DNA of 64,000 nucleotides from Bacteroidales bacterium. GTDB lineage: Bacteria > Bacteroidota > Bacteroidia > Bacteroidales > UBA4181. Position 1 is the stretch's first letter. Every line of letters begins with the position of its first letter. A program made the position numbers and the translations under genes. A model generated the notes under the pieces. It made no database searches. It saw only the letters and a list, made by a program, of their open reading frames with translations, and had not been told where the DNA came from. Shown in pieces: positions 27,739 to 37,986 of the stretch. The stretch covers positions 71,435-135,434 of the forward strand of contig JAISOY010000001.1 in assembly GCA_031275285.1 (NCBI GenBank). Direction: 5' to 3'.

Positions 27739-28000
27739 ACCTGTCGGCATACTGTACCCGCTATCTTCAGTGTAGCGGGTATGGCTGCTATCAGAGTTTA
27801 ACCGCAGCGACCCCAATGGGCTTTTAAAGAAAAGCCGTAGCTTATTAGGGCATTTTTTTAACGCATCCGTTTCACTACTGCTAAAAATGCCCCAATAAGC
27901 CAAAGGGTAAACCCTCTGGACACCCTAAAGCGGCCTTCCGACCGCAACCGCTTCGGGCGGTTATCATAATAAATTATCGACTTAAAATTTACCTACACAA

Positions 28001-29218
28001 ATGGGATTTGTCGTATTACATATACAGAAGCCGAAAGGCAACGATGCTCGAACGACGGCGCATATAGAACGGACGGTACAGCCGGGCAACGCCGATCCGG
28101 AACGAAAGGACCTCAACAAAGAGTTTATCACTTTTCCGGACGGAGTGGAGAACCGGACACAGGCGATACAGCACCGGATAGAGAACGCAGGGATAACCCG
28201 TAAAATCAGGGAGAATCAGGTACGTGCGTTACAGGTCATGCTGTCAGGTACTCCCGAAGATATGCAACGCATACAGAACGAGGGAAAAATAGATGACTGG
28301 TGTCAGAGTAATATTGATTGGTTACAAGATACGTTCGGAAAAGAAAACGTTGTATCAGCTGTTTTACACATGGACGAGAAAACTCCACATATCCACGCTA
28401 CGGTAGTTCCTATCGTATCCGGTGAAAGAAGAAAAGCCAAACAGGAAGAGAACAATGGCAAGAAGAAATACCGGAAAAAGCCTAAAGATACCATCCGGCT
28501 CTGCGCCGATGATGTGATGACACGCGATAATCTGGAACGGTTTCAGGATACATACGCCGAGAAAATGCAGAAATACGGATTGCAACGGGGTATCAAAGGC
28601 TCTGATGCCCGGCATATCTCTACGCCCCAATATTACAGAGAGTTATTCGCCCAAAACGAAGACCTGAAAGAAAATATAGAATATCTGCAAGAGGAAAAGC
28701 AGGAGGTTTACGAAAAAGTACGGGATATGTACGACCGAAAGGACGAAGCCCGGGAGAAGTTCCTGAACATGCACGAATATACCCAAAGGAAAAAAACGGA
28801 AATATCCGACCTTGAAACTCGTATAGAACAGCTAAAACTGGATTATGAACCTTACAAGGCGCAAGACGATATAAATTTGCTATTCGATGTATTTCCTCAT
28901 TTAAGCGAACGGCTACGGATAGCGCAGTTATGCAAGGGTATCGGATTGACAATAGACACCATTAAGCTGTTATTTAAGGGTGAAGCCGTATCGGTTACGG
29001 GTAAGCTCCATTCGCCCGAACATAATCATTCCTTCAACGTGCAGGATGCCAAATTACAGCTATTTAAGGAGAGCAAGGACTCCGACAGGCTGAAATTATC
29101 TATCAACGGACAGAATATCATCGACTGGTTCAAAGAGAAGTATCAAGAAATCCGGCAGGTGGTTAGACCGCATATCAAGCCTGCTCCACCCACACCGAAG
29201 AAAGGGAGAGGAATATAA
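28001..29218 (+). CDS. MobV-family relaxase (Mob_Pre / plasmid recombination enzyme type)
   Basis: 405 aa. The N-terminus MGFVVLHIQKPKG...HIER and the motif HMDEKTPHIHATVVPI follow the MobM-like HxDE..PHxH pattern. Confidence 0.8.
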   Translation: MGFVVLHIQKPKGNDARTTAHIERTVQPGNADPERKDLNKEFITFPDGVENRTQAIQHRIENAGITRKIRENQVRALQVMLSGTPEDMQRIQNEGKIDDWCQSNIDWLQDTFGKENVVSAVLHMDEKTPHIHATVVPIVSGERRKAKQEENNGKKKYRKKPKDTIRLCADDVMTRDNLERFQDTYAEKMQKYGLQRGIKGSDARHISTPQYYRELFAQNEDLKENIEYLQEEKQEVYEKVRDMYDRKDEAREKFLNMHEYTQRKKTEISDLETRIEQLKLDYEPYKAQDDINLLFDVFPHLSERLRIAQLCKGIGLTIDTIKLLFKGEAVSVTGKLHSPEHNHSFNVQDAKLQLFKESKDSDRLKLSINGQNIIDWFKEKYQEIRQVVRPHIKPAPPTPKKGRGI

Positions 29219-29325
29219 GTCTACCCAAAGCTGAAACTAAATAAAGGCAAAGGTTTTAGATAGTATAGTATGTTTGATTTGCAGAGATTTACTACTTTTG
29301 CAGTCAGAAACTTTAAAAAATAGTA

Positions 29326-29781
29326 TTGATGATGAAGTACTTGAAACTTACCCCGATTTTACTCTTTTTAGTTATTGCTTCTGCCTGCGGAACGATAAAC
29401 AAAACAACTATTTCTGATTCGGCAGACTTATCAAAATATAATTATGCTACTATAACTGATGTAGAGGGATATGGTGGATCTCCGGTATTAATGGATCTAT
29501 CTGTAAGGATATATGATGCTCTTTCTAAGACCAGATTGACGGTAATTGGGGACAAGCAAATTGAAGCTCTTTCTTTACCTCAAAAACAGGAATTATTGCT
29601 TGTAAGATATACTGCAACGCAGAATGATGCCGAGTCTGTTGTCAGTATAAATTTTGTAGAATACTTGTCTGGCAGACCTGTGGCATCTTTTCGTGGTGCA
29701 TATGGGTTGGGATGGGGAGTAGAACAAGATATGAATCGTGCTATTAATAATGCTATAGAGCAAATGAAAAAACACTTTTAA
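29326..29781 (+). CDS. Lipoprotein of unknown function, 151 aa
   Basis: Signal peptide with the lipobox LVIASAC. The stop is 3 nt before the next gene's start, suggesting operon coupling. Confidence 0.6.
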   Translation: MMMKYLKLTPILLFLVIASACGTINKTTISDSADLSKYNYATITDVEGYGGSPVLMDLSVRIYDALSKTRLTVIGDKQIEALSLPQKQELLLVRYTATQNDAESVVSINFVEYLSGRPVASFRGAYGLGWGVEQDMNRAINNAIEQMKKHF

Positions 29782-29784
29782 GAT

Positions 29785-31656
29785 ATGAATCAGAAACTCC
29801 AAAATAAGATTGAGGCTACAGATACGAGTATCAGTAAATTACTGAAAGATCAAAAATTCACAATTGATTATTTTCAAAGAGAGTATAGGTGGCAAGAGAA
29901 ACATATTAGACTTTTAATAGAAGACCTTTCCACTACATTTTTAAAATCTTACAAGGACGGCGATAAGCGATCTGAAGTTGCAAATTATCAGAATTATTAT
30001 TTGGGTCCCGTAGTTTTTAATATTAATGAGGACGGCAAAAAATCCATTATTGACGGACAGCAGAGAATAACCTCAATTACCCTTTTGCTTATATACCTGA
30101 ACCACCTGCAAGCTGAATGTCCCCAAAAGATTAATATCACTCACTTAATTTTTTCTGAGAAATATGGCGAGAAGTCATTTAATATGTCCGATGATTCACG
30201 GGAAGAATGCTTAACTTCATTATTTGAGAAAGGAGATTATACACTTCAGGATAATGATGACGAGACAGTAATTAATATGCTTGAAAGATACGAGGATATA
30301 GTCGAATCATTTCCGGAAGAATTAACTGGTGAGGCTCTCCCTTATTTCATCGATTGGTTTATAGATAATGTAGTAATTGTCGAGATTACGGCATATTCGG
30401 ATGAAAATGCTTATACAATCTTTGAAACCATGAATGACAGGGGATTAAACCTTACTCCTACAGAAATGTTAAAGGGTTATATACTCTCAAAAATCACAAA
30501 TAAAAAACAAAGGACTGAAATAAATGATTTATGGAAAGATGAGATTCAGAAGCTGCATGAATATGACGAGAATGCAGACCAAAGCTTTTTTCAGGCATGG
30601 TTTCGAGGCAAGTATGCAAACACAATCCGTCCGGGGAAAGCTGGTTCTGAAAACCAAGACTTTGAATTAATTGGCTCCCGTTTTCATAATTGGTTTAAAG
30701 ATAATCACAAGTCTATATTCAACTTATCGTCTTCTGATGATTTCTATTCTTTTTTTAAGAGATATTTTCCATTCTATGTGAAAATATTTATTAACATGTG
30801 GAAAGATCAGGCTCATTATAATCCTAAAACTCCGCACTTACATTACATAAATCATTGGGGTATTGCCGAATCTTTACAGGATCCATTGTTGATGGCCTCG
30901 ATTAATATTGACGATAATCCATCTGTAATAAATCAGAAACTTGATTTTGTTGCAAGGTTCATAGAAACATTTACTGTAAGAAGAAGTGTCAACTATAGAA
31001 AGTTTGGACAAACTGCTATTAAGTATTCCATTTTCAACATAATACGACTAATCCGCGATAATGATTTGGATAAATTGTCCCACAATCTTATCAAAGAAAC
31101 GGAAAGGATAGATGAACAATGGGATGGAGTATGGTATTTCGGATTACATGGGATGAACAGGAAGTTTGTTAAACATTTATTATCAAGAGTTTCCAGCTAC
31201 CTCGATAATCTGGTTGGAAAAGACACGACTTACGTTACTTATCATCATCCGAACGGCAAACAATTTGAAATTGAACACATATGGGCCGACAAGTTCGAAG
31301 AGCATACGGATGAATTTGAGCAAAAATCTGAGTTTAATAAATGGCGAAATTCCGCAGGGGCTTTACTGTTACTACCTCATGGAACTAATCAGTCTTTTAA
31401 TAGTGATAAATATGCAGATAAAATAGAACATTACCTAAAAGAGAATACATACGCACAAACTCTGCACCCTAATTACTATATCAAGAATCCGAATTTTTTA
31501 AAGTCTGATATAATAAAAGATTTAGACTTTAAACCCCATCATGACTTTAAAAAGGATGACATTGCTGAAAGACAGAGATTGCTTCAACGAATTTGCGAGA
31601 AGCTCTGGTCACCAGAGTATTATAACGAAAGCCTTATAGTATCGGAAACGAAATAA
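29785..31656 (+). CDS. DUF262 + DUF1524 protein (GmrSD-like; likely a type IV modification-dependent restriction enzyme family)
   Basis: 623 aa. The N-terminal DUF262 motifs are FTIDYFQREYRWQEKHI and IIDGQQRITSITLL. The C-terminal His-Me/HNH-like block is FEIEHIWADKF...NKWRNSAGALLLLPHGTNQSFN (DUF1524). Confidence 0.8.
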   Translation: MNQKLQNKIEATDTSISKLLKDQKFTIDYFQREYRWQEKHIRLLIEDLSTTFLKSYKDGDKRSEVANYQNYYLGPVVFNINEDGKKSIIDGQQRITSITLLLIYLNHLQAECPQKINITHLIFSEKYGEKSFNMSDDSREECLTSLFEKGDYTLQDNDDETVINMLERYEDIVESFPEELTGEALPYFIDWFIDNVVIVEITAYSDENAYTIFETMNDRGLNLTPTEMLKGYILSKITNKKQRTEINDLWKDEIQKLHEYDENADQSFFQAWFRGKYANTIRPGKAGSENQDFELIGSRFHNWFKDNHKSIFNLSSSDDFYSFFKRYFPFYVKIFINMWKDQAHYNPKTPHLHYINHWGIAESLQDPLLMASINIDDNPSVINQKLDFVARFIETFTVRRSVNYRKFGQTAIKYSIFNIIRLIRDNDLDKLSHNLIKETERIDEQWDGVWYFGLHGMNRKFVKHLLSRVSSYLDNLVGKDTTYVTYHHPNGKQFEIEHIWADKFEEHTDEFEQKSEFNKWRNSAGALLLLPHGTNQSFNSDKYADKIEHYLKENTYAQTLHPNYYIKNPNFLKSDIIKDLDFKPHHDFKKDDIAERQRLLQRICEKLWSPEYYNESLIVSETK

Positions 31657-31670
31657 TATCAGAAGAAAGC

Positions 31671-32663
31671 ATGGTAGATGTTAATGATTATAGTAGTGAA
31701 GTAAATTGTATCTATAAAGGAGAAAAATACTCTGTTCGTGATAATGGGGCTATTTTACGTCATCCTTGCGAGGGTAAACGCCCGCGACCAAACGATAACC
31801 ATTGGACATTCGGTAAGCCAAACAATAAAACTGGCTATATGGAAATAGCCTCTGTTCGCGTACATAGAATAGTTGCAACTGCGTTTCATGGAGAACCACC
31901 AACGAAAGAACATGTAGTCGATCATATTGATACTAACAAGCGGAATAACCGAGCGAAAAATCTACGGTGGGTTACAAGATTGGAAAACGTATTGCTTAAT
32001 CCAATTACGGCAAAGCGTATAGCGTATGTTTGTGGGAGTGTAGAGGCATTTTTGTCTGATCCGGCAAAATACCGTGATATGTTCTCAGAACCGTATGAAC
32101 AATGGATGCAGACAGTTAGTACAGAAGAAGCCCAAATAAGTTTGGAGCGGATGTTAGCATGGGCTAAGAGCGATAAACCGTCAAAAAGTGGGACATCTTT
32201 GGATAAATGGATTTTTACTCGGAATAATTTACAGGGCGAACAAACAATAGTGGCTCCGGAAGAACCTGATTTTATAATATCTTTAACACCTGGGGCGGTA
32301 CAACGCAACTGGCGTACACCTTCTGAATTTCCATGTACACCTCACGAAATGGGGAATAGTTCTTTAACTGCCTACGCCGATAATTTGAAAGAGGGAACTG
32401 TTTTTTCTCAAAATATATATGGTTCATCCTTAGTGGTAAATAGTGGATTTTCCGAAGATCGCCAATCACTATATGTGATGACAGAATCATCTGATGGTGA
32501 AGAGTCGGTTAAGCGTTATGCACTTGCAGAGGTTACTTATGAAGATAACCTTTTCATTCATACAGGGCGTACATTCTTTTCTAAAGAGGGAGCGGAGAAA
32601 CAATTCACTCTTGCCCAAGGTTTTGAATGGAGTGGTGGCGATTCTATTGATGATTATTGCTGA
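31671..32663 (+). CDS. HNH (HNH_3 / homing-endonuclease-like) nuclease with an uncharacterised ~200-aa C-terminal region
   Basis: 330 aa. VHRIVATAFHGEPPTKEHVVDHIDTNKRNNRAKNLRWVTRLENVL is a classic HNH_3 motif, preceded by a NUMOD4-like beta region (YKGEKYSVRDNGAILRH). Confidence 0.75.
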   Translation: MVDVNDYSSEVNCIYKGEKYSVRDNGAILRHPCEGKRPRPNDNHWTFGKPNNKTGYMEIASVRVHRIVATAFHGEPPTKEHVVDHIDTNKRNNRAKNLRWVTRLENVLLNPITAKRIAYVCGSVEAFLSDPAKYRDMFSEPYEQWMQTVSTEEAQISLERMLAWAKSDKPSKSGTSLDKWIFTRNNLQGEQTIVAPEEPDFIISLTPGAVQRNWRTPSEFPCTPHEMGNSSLTAYADNLKEGTVFSQNIYGSSLVVNSGFSEDRQSLYVMTESSDGEESVKRYALAEVTYEDNLFIHTGRTFFSKEGAEKQFTLAQGFEWSGGDSIDDYC

Positions 32664-33013
32664 ATGAATAGCCCCTTCTTTATCCGAACACAAAGATATA
32701 TTCCAAGAATGGAACGGCAACACCGAGCCGCAAGCGGTTTTTGTAGATTTCTTCCTTTTCGTTCCGAAAAGAGTAAATCTACAAAAAGTATTGCCTAATT
32801 CATTCTTTCCATAGGAGAGGTGTTTACCGGATAAAGAAAGAGAAAAAATATGCGTATAGTCTCAGAAATATTGCTTATTTTTGGCGTGAGTTATTTGATT
32901 GTATTGTACCGCAAAACGCTGAGATACGCACGGTTACTAAATCGTTACTTCTGAAATTCAAAAACTCTGCGAAAGGTTTATTCTTCAACAGGTTAAGTCA
33001 AACCGATGAAAAT

Positions 33014-35254
33014 CTAAAATAAATAATCCGGAATATCCGGTATGGATCGGTCAAATGTCTTAACTATCAGGGATTGTCCGGGCGCTAATTGAAGATATAT
33101 CTCTGTTTTTCCGTCACGTTTTCTCAGATTTGCTTTTCCCTTCTCACCGGTAAGCGGATCATATATCATAGCGGTTTGTGCATTTACGGACAAACCGACC
33201 CAATTATCCAGATGATTATTCTCCAGCATAGCAATAAAATAAAAATGGCCATCTTTATGCTTGCGACGAATTGTCTGAACTGCATATTCGACCTTTATTT
33301 CTTCCGGTTTCGCCGAAGACGCCTGTAACAACTTCAGGTAGTCTTTCCCGGATAATATATTGCCTTTTCCTACAGCCTGTATTACTATGGAATCATTAAA
33401 ATCATCATTCCGTATATCGGCAAGTATTTTTTGGAATGCATTTCTGCGACGTTCCAGATCATGTAATCCCGGAACATCTTCAGGAAACCGATCCGTGAAT
33501 ATTACAGTAGCACCGTCTTTGGCCAGTTCAATTAATTTGGCCAATGTTTCGTAAGGCATATACCGGACATCCGGGACTATAATGGCTTTATAAGAGGCTC
33601 CCGGAGTCTGCAGAAGATGGTTGCAGACACTGGTCTGTAAAATATACCGGTCCGAGATATAGTCCACATCAAAACCAAGAGACTGGATATTGACCACCCA
33701 TTCAAAAAAAGCGGGCATCAGGTGTTTCATCCTGTGAATATCAAACATGAGGTACATACCTGACTGTTGTTGCCATATATCATAGATAGGCAGATAAACC
33801 AAAAAGTCATTGTCCGGCTCACCATGTTGCAAAAATGACTGTGTCCGGGTAATATACTCGTTCAATCCTTTTATATCCCTGAAAATAGTATTGTTGGCAT
33901 TCAGGTTGACGGACGCATAAAACAGCCATCCCGGCCAGGGTACATCTTTGGGTGAATAAGGCGAACCATGATAATGCATATGGTTCACCCCTGCAACAAA
34001 CATCTGGTCGATTTCCGGTTTCATTTGGGATAAAGAGGTCCTGAAATGTTCAGTCAACCAGGTAAAGGTTTCGGATGACACCTGTTTTTTTCCGGTAATG
34101 TGTGCCGCTGAAGAAGCATATTTCAATACAGACGGATGGGAATCACTTTCTTTCATCCCACTGTCAATACGAAGGCCGGGAATGTCAAAAAATGTTCTCC
34201 CGAAAGACTCGCATTCCGGAATATCAACCGCAGCATATAAATCGATCAGGTTTCCCGGAGATCCATGAGCCTGACTCCGTGTAACAGATCCACGCGCATG
34301 TGCCCAATCCGTCCAGGGAATGGTAAACTCGTTCAACAACAGTTCAGCAATAGTTTGCCGGTAATCACAAACCACACGCGCACAAATATCCGGATCTCCT
34401 TCCCTGTTCAATTCAGGAAGATATTCCTGTAACCTGTAACCCCGCCTTTTTTCAAATTCTTCCATTAGGTTTTCCGACCAGTTTGCGCCATATACTTCGT
34501 ACGAATCGTTAAAAAAATGATCTGGCCATGATGCTCCTGCATCGGTAAAGGCCCGGTCAAAACGAGTAAGATAACGGTCCAGTGATCTCCGGGAATAATG
34601 ATTGATCACCCATCCCTCGCCTCCGGGAGCCGCACGTTTTACTTTCTGTAATGTTTTACCATTAAACACAGTCCATATTGTCCAGTCCCCTTCCGGAACA
34701 TCCCAGAGGAGTGTTGTTCCGGTTACACGATCCGTCAATTCTATTTTCTGTTCCTGACCATAAGCAACAACAGCAGCTATTGTCGCGACATCGGTTTGCC
34801 TGCGGTCATTTACGGTTATTTCTTTTTCCAAACGATAAGGGCCCTTTACTTTATATTGTTGAAATATGGCCTTACAAGCAGCATCATTGATCATTACATC
34901 AGGTCCGCCAAAAGGCCATCCGGTTCCGGTCGCCATATCAACAGACATGTCCAGTCTCTTTGCTTCCGCTTTCACATGTTGATACATATCCATCCACCGG
35001 GGTGATAAATAGTCAATATGCCTGCTTTCTGCGCTATCGATACCATAAATAGGTGTAATTTCAACACTTCCGATCCCGGCCTCTTTCAATTCTTCCATAC
35101 TTATAGTTAATCCGGCTGAATCGACTGCATTACCCAGCCACCACCAACGAACCCCGGGTTTATTCTCCCTGCATGTTTCCGGCCAGGATGTGTCTACAGG
35201 GGAAGAACAGGCTGATATCCAAAAAAACAATAAACAACAGTATATTTCCCTCAT
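33014..35254 (-). pseudogene. 5' (N-terminal, 746 codon) fragment of a glycoside hydrolase gene split by IME-2
   Basis: Lipoprotein-type signal (LFFWISAC). The block NKPGVRWWWLGNAVD...EITPIYG...GTGWPFGGP resembles large Bacteroidetes glycosyl hydrolases (possibly GH106-like, from memory and at low certainty). The frame ends in a TAG created at the element junction. Confidence 0.8.
33015..33023. repeat. Right copy of the 9-bp direct repeat TAAAATAAA
   Basis: See 26236-26244. Confidence 0.8.
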
Positions 35255-35357
35255 TGATAAATTTATAAAAAGATTACTCTATTGATACAAAGATATAAAT
35301 AACATGGTAATAATCAGCATTGGTCAGGTGCATTATATGCATGTAGCAAAAATTAGC

Positions 35358-35365
35358 TACATTTG
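35358..35365 (+). promoter_or_regulatory. Candidate -7 box TACATTTG upstream of lspA
   Basis: Matches TAnnTTTG. It lies inside the 5' extension of the track ORF, which argues for the ATG at 35388 as the true start. Confidence 0.4.
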
Positions 35366-35387
35366 TGCACTTTTTAATTTTTTACAA

Positions 35388-36011
35388 ATGAAGCAATCTA
35401 TCGCGTGGAAATCGGCACTTCTGGTTTTTGTGATCCTTTTATTCGATCAAATATTAAAAGTATGGGTAAAAACCAATATGAGTATTGGTGAAGATATACC
35501 TCTATTAGGAAACTGGTTTCACATTCATTTTGTAGAAAATCCGGGAATGGCATTTGGCTGGCAACTCGGCGGGAAGTGGGGAAAACTGGTATTAAGCCTG
35601 TTCCGGCTTGTAGCTATAGCAGCCATTATTTGGTATATACGCATCCTGATCCGGGAAAAAGCACCCAATGGTTTTATTTTATGCGTTTCACTCATCCTTG
35701 CCGGCGCTATGGGAAATATGATCGACTGTGCGTTTTACGGATTATTGTTCAGTGAAAGCAACTTCGGTATTGTTGCCGAATTTCTTCCCGAAGGGGGTGG
35801 ATATGCACCGTTTTTATTCGGAAAAGTAGTGGATATGCTTTCTTTTCCGATCATTCATGGAACCTATCCCGGCTGGTTCCCTTTGGTAGGTGGAGAAGAA
35901 TTCCTTTTCTTCCGTCCGGTATTTAATATCGCAGATTCTGCCGTAACTATAGGAGTGCTATCCATTATATTGTTTTACTGGAGTTACTTGAAAAATATCA
36001 GTAAATCCTGA
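35388..36011 (+). CDS. lspA: Lipoprotein signal peptidase II
   Basis: Motifs NPGMAFGW, GNMIDC, VVDMLSF and FNIADSAVTIGV. The start was moved to MKQSIAWK (the track ORF starts at 35304). Confidence 0.9.
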   Translation: MKQSIAWKSALLVFVILLFDQILKVWVKTNMSIGEDIPLLGNWFHIHFVENPGMAFGWQLGGKWGKLVLSLFRLVAIAAIIWYIRILIREKAPNGFILCVSLILAGAMGNMIDCAFYGLLFSESNFGIVAEFLPEGGGYAPFLFGKVVDMLSFPIIHGTYPGWFPLVGGEEFLFFRPVFNIADSAVTIGVLSIILFYWSYLKNISKS

Positions 36012-36033
36012 TTGAGTATTTTAAACTTCAAAA

Positions 36034-36789
36034 ATGTTTTTTTTCTTATCCAAAACCATCGGACTGCTTACCAAACCTTTTTCATGGTTGGTGATCCTGA
36101 TGATATTGGCTGTATTCCTCCGGAAACCCAAATGGAAAAGAATATGTTTGATTACGTCGTTGTTGGTATTACTTGTCTTCTCCAATCCATGGTTCCTGAA
36201 TTTTTCACTCAGTAAATGGGAGCCTAAGCCAATAGATATCGACCAGTTAGATGGGATTTATGACATCGGCATTGTTCTGGGTGGCTTTGCCCGCTATTTA
36301 CCCGAATACCAAAAGACCCAACTAAATGATGCCGGAGACCGTATTTGGCAAGCCATCTACCTTTACAAAAAAGGGAAAATCAAAAAAATACTCATCAGCG
36401 GAGGAGGAATAAAAGATACTAAGTCAGAAGCTGAAGCCACCAGGGAAAGTTTAATTTTATTCGGTATCCCTGATAGTGTGATCCTCTTCGAAACAGCTTC
36501 CAGGAATACCTTTGAAAACCTGAACAACAGTGCTGAAATTATCCGTTCCGTACAACCGGATGCCCGGTGTCTGGTCATCACTTCAGCCATACATATTCCC
36601 CGCGCAATGGGCTGCGCCAAAAAAGTAGGACTTCCGGTTGATGCCTTCCCGGCAGAGCATCTTACCCGTCATGATAAGCGGATATGGGCGGAATGGATCA
36701 CTCCCCGCCCGGAAATACTCAAGGATTGGGACAGGTTGATCAATGAATGGGTAGGGATCCTGGCTTATAAGATACGAGGTTATCTATGA
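36034..36789 (+). CDS. YdcF/ElyC/SanA (DUF218) family protein
   Basis: 251 aa with an N-terminal TM segment. IVLGGF...ILISGG...SRNTFEN...VITSAIHIPRA is the DUF218 pattern. Confidence 0.75.
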   Translation: MFFFLSKTIGLLTKPFSWLVILMILAVFLRKPKWKRICLITSLLVLLVFSNPWFLNFSLSKWEPKPIDIDQLDGIYDIGIVLGGFARYLPEYQKTQLNDAGDRIWQAIYLYKKGKIKKILISGGGIKDTKSEAEATRESLILFGIPDSVILFETASRNTFENLNNSAEIIRSVQPDARCLVITSAIHIPRAMGCAKKVGLPVDAFPAEHLTRHDKRIWAEWITPRPEILKDWDRLINEWVGILAYKIRGYL

Positions 36790-36831
36790 AAATGCTATAT
36801 TATTTTTATAGATTGGCTCCCCATAAAAACA

Positions 36832-36839
36832 TATCTTTG
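36832..36839 (+). promoter_or_regulatory. Candidate -7 box TATCTTTG upstream of tgt
   Basis: Matches TAnnTTTG and lies 17 nt upstream of the GTG start at 36856. Confidence 0.4.
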
Positions 36840-36855
36840 TATACAAAAAAATTAA

Positions 36856-37986
36856 GTGAAATTCAGGGTAACAGACAGCGACCAGCATAGTGCTGCCCGG
36901 TGTGGCATCGTCTCAACCTGCCATGGAGAGATCGAAACACCAATTTTTATGCCTGTGGGAACACAGGGAACCGTAAAAAGCATCAATCAACGCGATCTGG
37001 CAGATGATGTACAGGCACAAATTATTCTAGGAAATACTTATCATTTATTTCTGCGTCCGGGCCTTGATATCCTGGAGGGAGCAGGAGGGTTACACCGCTT
37101 TATAGGATGGAAACGCCCCATATTAACCGATAGCGGAGGATTCCAGGTGTTCTCATTATCCGACATCAGAAAATTAAAGGAAGATGGCGCTGAATTCCGT
37201 TCCCATATTGACGGCGCCAAACATTTTTTCACTCCTGAACGTGTGGTGGATATCCAACGTTCTATCGGAGCGGATATCATGATGGCTTTTGACGAATGCA
37301 CTCCATATCCTTGTGATTTTCAATACGCCAAATCATCGATGGAACGAACATTACGATGGCTGGACCGCGGATTGAAACGTTTCGGGGAAACCGATCCTGT
37401 TTATGATTATCAACAAGCATTTTTCCCTATTGTACAAGGAAGCGTTTATCCTGAGCTTCGCCGGATCTCAGCAGAAAGGACAGCGGAAACTGACTGTCCC
37501 GGTAATGCTATCGGTGGACTGGCCGTTGGTGAGCCAGCCGACCAGATGTATGAAATGATACATCTGGTAAACCAGATCCTGCCTGAACATAAACCACGTT
37601 ACCTGATGGGGGTGGGCACTCCTGTTAATATCTTGGAATCCATTTCATTAGGCGTAGACATGTTTGACTGTGTCATGCCTACCCGTAACGGGCGCAACGG
37701 TTCTATCTTCACCCGGGAGGGACAGATCAATATCAAAAATGAAAAATGGAAAAAAGATTATTCGCCAATTGAAGAAGGTGGCGCGTCTTTTGTTGATGAA
37801 ATGTTTTCAAAAGCCTATCTTCGCCATTTGATTATTTCAAAGGAGATATTAGGCGCACAAATATCCAGTCTTCACAATGTTGCTTTTTATTTATGGTTAA
37901 CACGCGAGGCAAGAAAACAAATCAAAGAAGGCAATTTTGCCGGTTGGAAAATTGAAATGGTAGAGAAATTATCAAGAAAATTATGA
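36856..37986 (+). CDS. tgt: Queuine tRNA-ribosyltransferase (tRNA-guanine transglycosylase)
   Basis: 376 aa. ARCGIVSTCHGEIETPIFMPVGTQGTVK and LTDSGGFQVFSL, plus the FDCVMPTRNGRNG zinc region. Confidence 0.95.
   Translation: MKFRVTDSDQHSAARCGIVSTCHGEIETPIFMPVGTQGTVKSINQRDLADDVQAQIILGNTYHLFLRPGLDILEGAGGLHRFIGWKRPILTDSGGFQVFSLSDIRKLKEDGAEFRSHIDGAKHFFTPERVVDIQRSIGADIMMAFDECTPYPCDFQYAKSSMERTLRWLDRGLKRFGETDPVYDYQQAFFPIVQGSVYPELRRISAERTAETDCPGNAIGGLAVGEPADQMYEMIHLVNQILPEHKPRYLMGVGTPVNILESISLGVDMFDCVMPTRNGRNGSIFTREGQINIKNEKWKKDYSPIEEGGASFVDEMFSKAYLRHLIISKEILGAQISSLHNVAFYLWLTREARKQIKEGNFAGWKIEMVEKLSRKL

Larger units (their letters stand above)
26245..33014. mobile_element. Integrative mobilizable element IME-2 (~6.8 kb): int, MobV relaxase and a three-gene cargo
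   Basis: Bounded by the 9-bp direct repeats and interrupting a glycoside hydrolase CDS. An integrase sits at the left end and a MobV relaxase follows. Several GCAGA-containing short repeats and an inverted repeat (cagagtgta/tacactctg) lie near the left end. A 13-bp inverted repeat (tttttgtagattt / aaatctacaaaaa, about 32739-32785) lies near the right end. Confidence 0.85.

Noticed and set aside
35304-35387. 28-codon 5' extension of lspA in the ORF track
   Set aside because: The extension contains a TAnnTTTG promoter-like box, and the ATG at 35388 starts the conserved LspA N-terminus. The extension is therefore probably not translated.
36012-36215. 67-aa ORF overlapping the start of the YdcF-like gene
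   Set aside because: It is an alternative frame of a gene with a clear DUF218 pattern and has no support of its own.
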